A stretch of 50,341 nt of DNA from a virus (Duplodnaviria; Caudoviricetes). The notes under the pieces are model-generated. The model had not been told where the DNA came from. It did no database searches and was given only the letters and a program-made list of their open reading frames with translations. The first letter of the stretch is position 1, and every line of letters begins with the position of its first letter. The stretch is taken from IMG/VR virus record IMGVR_UViG_3300005326_000059, positions 1-50,341 of that record; one strand, given 5' to 3'. Position numbers and translations under genes: made by a program. Shown one piece after another: positions 47,008-50,341 of this stretch.

Positions 47008-47094
47008 CTTAATATTTTTAAATTGTTAGTAATTGTTCGCAAATACTCGGGAATCGAACCCGACAAAAACTCCGTTTGTTCAGTTGTATTCAAT

Positions 47095-47125
47095 AAAAAA
47101 GGGAGGATAATTTTCATATCCTCCC
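47095..47125 (-). terminator. Intrinsic terminator
   Basis: GGGAGGATA-N7-TATCCTCCC followed by T6 on -. Confidence 0.8.
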
Positions 47126-47482
47126 GTATAATTCAATCTCAATTTCCGTATGGTTAAACCATCGGTCTGAATATATCTCGCAGATTGTACTCGATATATC
47201 CCCCGCCTTTGTAGGCTCATTCCTCACCGAGTCAAAGACTTCAGCGCCCGTGTATTTTCAACACCTTGGGTAGCGGGACTGGGTGGACTCTCCCCGTAAT
47301 CTTGTTTTAAGTCCGAATCATGTCAAACAACTCATTCAAACCCCTTACTTAACTTTTCACTCGCTCGGCTTATACTCTAGGATGCGGCTCGTTACTTATT
47401 GTCTTTCTGTTTGTCTCGGCGGTCTTTCTGTTATCACCTTGGGTGTTACGGCGGCCGAGTGGTTTGTTTCTCAAATCCAATA

Positions 47483-47513
47483 CAAAGTTAGTAAAACTTT
47501 TTAATCTACCAAA
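47483..47513 (-). promoter_or_regulatory. Bacteroidota-type promoter
   Basis: TTTG-N19-TAACTTTG on -. Confidence 0.7.
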
Positions 47514-47605
47514 TTTATTTTGAATCTTTTTAATTTGTTCCCCGATAAAGTCCGACCTTCGCTCAACTCATTCAGTTAATAATCGGGGATTGTTTGGGGT
47601 TCGGT

Positions 47606-47836
47606 TTACCAACTTATTTTATAATCTGGAGAACTCCCCACGGCCACGGAATACCCGAGGTCTTTCAATGATTTTATGGTTCCCATATTCAAGTAGCCAT
47701 AGTAATAGAAGCTATTGCTCCCACTCTTTGCTGTGTCCTCGATTTTAGATAATATCTCCTTCAATTCTTCTTGGCTTCCTACTAGGCTCAAAGCCCTCGC
47801 TTTTTCGGCGGTTAGTAGTTCTGTCGTTGTTCCCAT
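47606..47836 (-). CDS. Hypothetical early protein
   Basis: TAEKARAL...LKDLGYSV...YKISW, a common small phage protein pattern. Confidence 0.65.
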   Translation of the reverse strand: MGTTTELLTAEKARALSLVGSQEELKEILSKIEDTAKSGSNSFYYYGYLNMGTIKSLKDLGYSVAVGSSPDYKISW

Positions 47837-47876
47837 AATCGTATTATTTATTCGTTTGTAATTAGTTAAGCACTTA

Positions 47877-48500
47877 TTATAGCGTGTATGTCTTTATATT
47901 TTTATTATCCTCATCCCTCATCATCGGCATAAGTATTGCGATATTCTCACAGCTGAAAATCTTTGCAGGCTTATCATATCCATTTGTACCTATCTCTGTA
48001 ATCCCAAAGTTGAGAGCAAATTTAGCCATTTTGGCCATTAATCCAATATGGAAATAAGCATCGCCAATTTTTATAAGGCCGATATAGTCCTCAGATGTCT
48101 TTTTGACAACCTTAAACTCTCTCTCAATATCTAAAACCTTTTTAAAGTCGATAGGAGTAAAATTTAGCTTATCGTTATTGGGAATAACAGACTGCCAATT
48201 CGGGTAAGTGCCATCAACCTCTTCGCCCGTCCTACCGATTATCTTACCTTCTATTTCTATTGGGTAATTACCTTTATAGGCAATTAAAATCGTTCCGTTA
48301 GTTGCAACCTTAAACCCGTTTGAGTGATAAACTCCCCGTAGTGTTTCCCTGAAATCGCTTTTACCCGCAGAGTAGTCGTAAGGATTAAATTTAGACTTGG
48401 TCTGCAATTCGTTCGATAAGATAAATTTCTGTATTAGTTCTTGCACTTTTTTGTTTTCGCTAATTAATGCAGCATCGTGTAGTAATTCAATATTTTTCAT
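47877..48500 (-). CDS. Truncated beta-clamp-like protein
   Basis: RETLRGVY...VATNG...DGTYPNWQSVIP...ILMPM, matching DnaN motifs. Confidence 0.6.
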   Translation of the reverse strand: MKNIELLHDAALISENKKVQELIQKFILSNELQTKSKFNPYDYSAGKSDFRETLRGVYHSNGFKVATNGTILIAYKGNYPIEIEGKIIGRTGEEVDGTYPNWQSVIPNNDKLNFTPIDFKKVLDIEREFKVVKKTSEDYIGLIKIGDAYFHIGLMAKMAKFALNFGITEIGTNGYDKPAKIFSCENIAILMPMMRDEDNKNIKTYTL

Positions 48501-48524
48501 AATAATTCTTTTTTATTTGTTCAG

Positions 48525-48725
48525 TTAGTTTATCCGTTTTACATTTTCAAATTTATATCCCAATTTCTTAACTACTTCCGCCATTGGTTTGGTTAATTCG
48601 GAGTAGGTGTATTTTTTACCTCTGTACTCGGTGTGCAGAAATATAATCATATCGTCTGCATTTTTCGCCTTGTAGTATCGGGTGTTATCCCCGCTTTCAG
48701 TTCGTTCGGTTGCTCTTACATACAT
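48525..48725 (-). CDS. Hypothetical early protein
   Basis: ORF track, AT-rich leader. Confidence 0.6.
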   Translation of the reverse strand: MYVRATERTESGDNTRYYKAKNADDMIIFLHTEYRGKKYTYSELTKPMAEVVKKLGYKFENVKRIN

Positions 48726-48736
48726 AATTAATTCGT

Positions 48737-48976
48737 TTAAATGTTATCGGCTATTGTTACCATTGCAGCGAGGGGCAAGTCTTGAAATTTACAATAATGC
48801 TCTTCCCAATTTACCCAAATAGTGTACTCTTCATCGTTTAGTATTTTTAGATAGCAAGTATGATTTCCTATATCAAAAGCCCTTTCGTGTGGTTCAACAA
48901 CTACGAGTTTTGAATAAACTCTTACTTTCATTCTTTCTAATAGCGTGTTAGCTTGTTGTGCAAATAATTGTTCCAT
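48737..48976 (-). CDS. Hypothetical early protein
   Basis: ORF track. Confidence 0.6.
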   Translation of the reverse strand: MEQLFAQQANTLLERMKVRVYSKLVVVEPHERAFDIGNHTCYLKILNDEEYTIWVNWEEHYCKFQDLPLAAMVTIADNI

Positions 48977-49027
48977 AATATTTATTTTTAATTTTGTTAG
49001 TCGTTCAATTAATAGTGTCGTTCGGGT

Positions 49028-49345
49028 TTAAAAGTCAAATTCTACTTCGTTTAAACGGGTTTCGATAAACTGCCAATCACAATCCTCGAATATATATCTA
49101 GCCTCGTTTTCAACTCTCTCTCTCGTTGCCTTGAAGCCTTGTCTCTTTATTTCCTCCCTTACAAGCCTTTCAATATCTGCCCTTGTGTAAAACTTGTTAA
49201 GGTCTTTTTCCCCGTCTAATCCATATAGTCCAAATTCGGGGATATAGCAGATACCGATTCCGCTTTCATAGGCATCAAAGTTTTTATAACAAAATCCGTT
49301 TGCTGTTTCGCCTAATTCGATATTAATACTTCCAATTGTTTCCAT
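49028..49345 (-). CDS. Hypothetical early protein
   Basis: CYIPE...YTR.D...F...DWQ pattern. Confidence 0.65.
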   Translation of the reverse strand: METIGSINIELGETANGFCYKNFDAYESGIGICYIPEFGLYGLDGEKDLNKFYTRADIERLVREEIKRQGFKATRERVENEARYIFEDCDWQFIETRLNEVEFDF

Positions 49346-49430
49346 AATACTATTTATTTAGTTGTTCGTTATTGTGGTTCGGTTGCGTTTGTCGCTTTAT
49401 TCTATACTATTAGTTTAGGTTTACGGATAT

Positions 49431-49643
49431 TTACTCACTCCAATATGCTAAATAGCCAATAACCTCAAAATCGGCATTTCTTACCACAAGCGCATTTGTT
49501 TCGCCTGAAAAGCTATCGGGTGCACCTTCACCGCTTTCAAAGTCTTTTAAACCTACCATAACGGGCTGCTTGTCTGTTTTATACTCAAACCAATTCGCAT
49601 AGTCTTGCGCTTGTTTTCTTGTTCCAAATAAAATCTTTTCCAT
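49431..49643 (-). CDS. Hypothetical early protein
   Basis: ORF track; partial paralogue at window end. Confidence 0.65.
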   Translation of the reverse strand: MEKILFGTRKQAQDYANWFEYKTDKQPVMVGLKDFESGEGAPDSFSGETNALVVRNADFEVIGYLAYWSE

Positions 49644-49697
49644 AACTATAAAATTTAATTGTTAATACTTGTTCGTTTGGTTAAATGGTGTAGTCGT

Positions 49698-49868
49698 TCA
49701 TCTTATCCTTATAACCCATTCTGTGCCGATATAAACCTGTTCGTTCACTTTCAGGGTTAGAATATCCTGAATATCTGAGGGGGTTAATGTGTCGGGAAAT
49801 TCGGCAAAATCGGCAATTAGTTTTTCTTCTGTGAAAATCTCACCTTCTGAGGTCTTAAATGTTTTCAT
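49698..49868 (-). CDS. 56-aa hypothetical protein (not in track)
   Basis: MKTFKTSEGEIFTEEKLIADF...WVIRIR*. Confidence 0.6.
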   Translation of the reverse strand: MKTFKTSEGEIFTEEKLIADFAEFPDTLTPSDIQDILTLKVNEQVYIGTEWVIRIR

Positions 49869-49871
49869 AAA

Positions 49872-49982
49872 TTAGTTCATTCTTTTAGGCTCGTTATCTG
49901 CTAATATTGATAAAATGAACATCGGAATTGCTATTATAATGACAATAATTGTCCCGATAATAAAGTTAAATAAATCTTTCAT
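49872..49982 (-). CDS. 36-aa single-TM peptide
   Basis: MKDLFNFIIGTIIVIIIAIPMFILSILADNEPKRMN*. Confidence 0.55.
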   Translation of the reverse strand: MKDLFNFIIGTIIVIIIAIPMFILSILADNEPKRMN

Positions 49983-50003
49983 AATAATATAAATTTAAAG
50001 AGG

Positions 50004-50099
50004 TTAGAAAATTTGTGTTAATACATACAGGCAAAAGACAAAGATAACGCCTGTAATAAGTCCAAAAAAGAGTTCGATAGTTTTATTCAGTGTTTTCAT
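50004..50099 (-). CDS. 31-aa single-TM peptide
   Basis: MKTLNKTIELFFGLITGVIFVFCLYVLTQIF*. Confidence 0.55.
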   Translation of the reverse strand: MKTLNKTIELFFGLITGVIFVFCLYVLTQIF

Positions 50100-50185
50100 A
50101 GCATAATTTTTAATAAGCAAGTAAGGCTAATAATTAGCATACATATCACGAAGATAGTGTATAGAATTGGGCAAAATCTTTTCAT
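50096..50185 (-). CDS. 29-aa single-TM peptide
   Basis: MKRFCPILYTIFVICMLIISLTCLLKIML*; ATGA overlap. Confidence 0.55.
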   Translation of the reverse strand: MKRFCPILYTIFVICMLIISLTCLLKIML

Positions 50186-50262
50186 AGTGTTATGCAGATT
50201 AAGATAAAAAAGAGTGCGACAACTGCAAGGACTTGGAATAAGTCTAAAAAGTATTTTTTCAT
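50182..50262 (-). CDS. 26-aa single-TM peptide
   Basis: MKKYFLDLFQVLAVVALFFILICITL*; ATGA overlap. Confidence 0.55.
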   Translation of the reverse strand: MKKYFLDLFQVLAVVALFFILICITL

Positions 50263-50284
50263 AATAATGTAATTTTAATAATTA

Positions 50285-50341
50285 TTAAACCCAATAAGCA
50301 AGGTACGCAAGAACATTGCTATCTTCGTCAAAAACGCAAAG
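50285..50341 (-). CDS. 3' end of a paralogue of 49431-49643
   Basis: LCVFDEDSNVLAYLAYWV* versus LVVRNADFEVIGYLAYWSE*. Confidence 0.5.
   Translation of the reverse strand, partial: LCVFDEDSNVLAYLAYWV

Overview
Most of a tailed dsDNA phage genome (long non-contractile tail architecture). The host is probably a Bacteroidota species: several intergenic sites match the TTTG-N19/20-TAnnTTTG promoter consensus. Virion genes are split into two divergent operons around 7200-7343. Leftward: terminase large subunit, portal, holin-like protein, M15 endolysin and a >1067-aa tail protein that runs off the window and is missing from the ORF track. Rightward: scaffold, decoration protein, major capsid, neck genes, two tandem tail-tube paralogues, tail chaperone with a probable -1 frameshift, tape measure and Dit-like protein. 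From 23184 to the end, genes are on the minus strand: replication/recombination (primase-helicase, beta-clamp, RusA, ERF, exonuclease), nucleotide/RNA metabolism (kinase, metallophosphoesterase, RNA ligase, HD hydrolase), a serine recombinase, a modular paralogous protein family and small early genes. The most unusual part is a ~1.5 kb, almost entirely non-coding unit (about 21330-22838) with its own promoter and terminator. It holds one canonical tRNA-Thr(CGT), four tRNA-like scaffolds with intact acceptor and T arms but expanded or replaced anticodon/variable arms, and several other stem-closed RNA domains. A second candidate structured ncRNA and a mini-tRNA-like element lie at 47041-47476. 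All family calls come from motif recognition by eye; no searches or folding programs were run.
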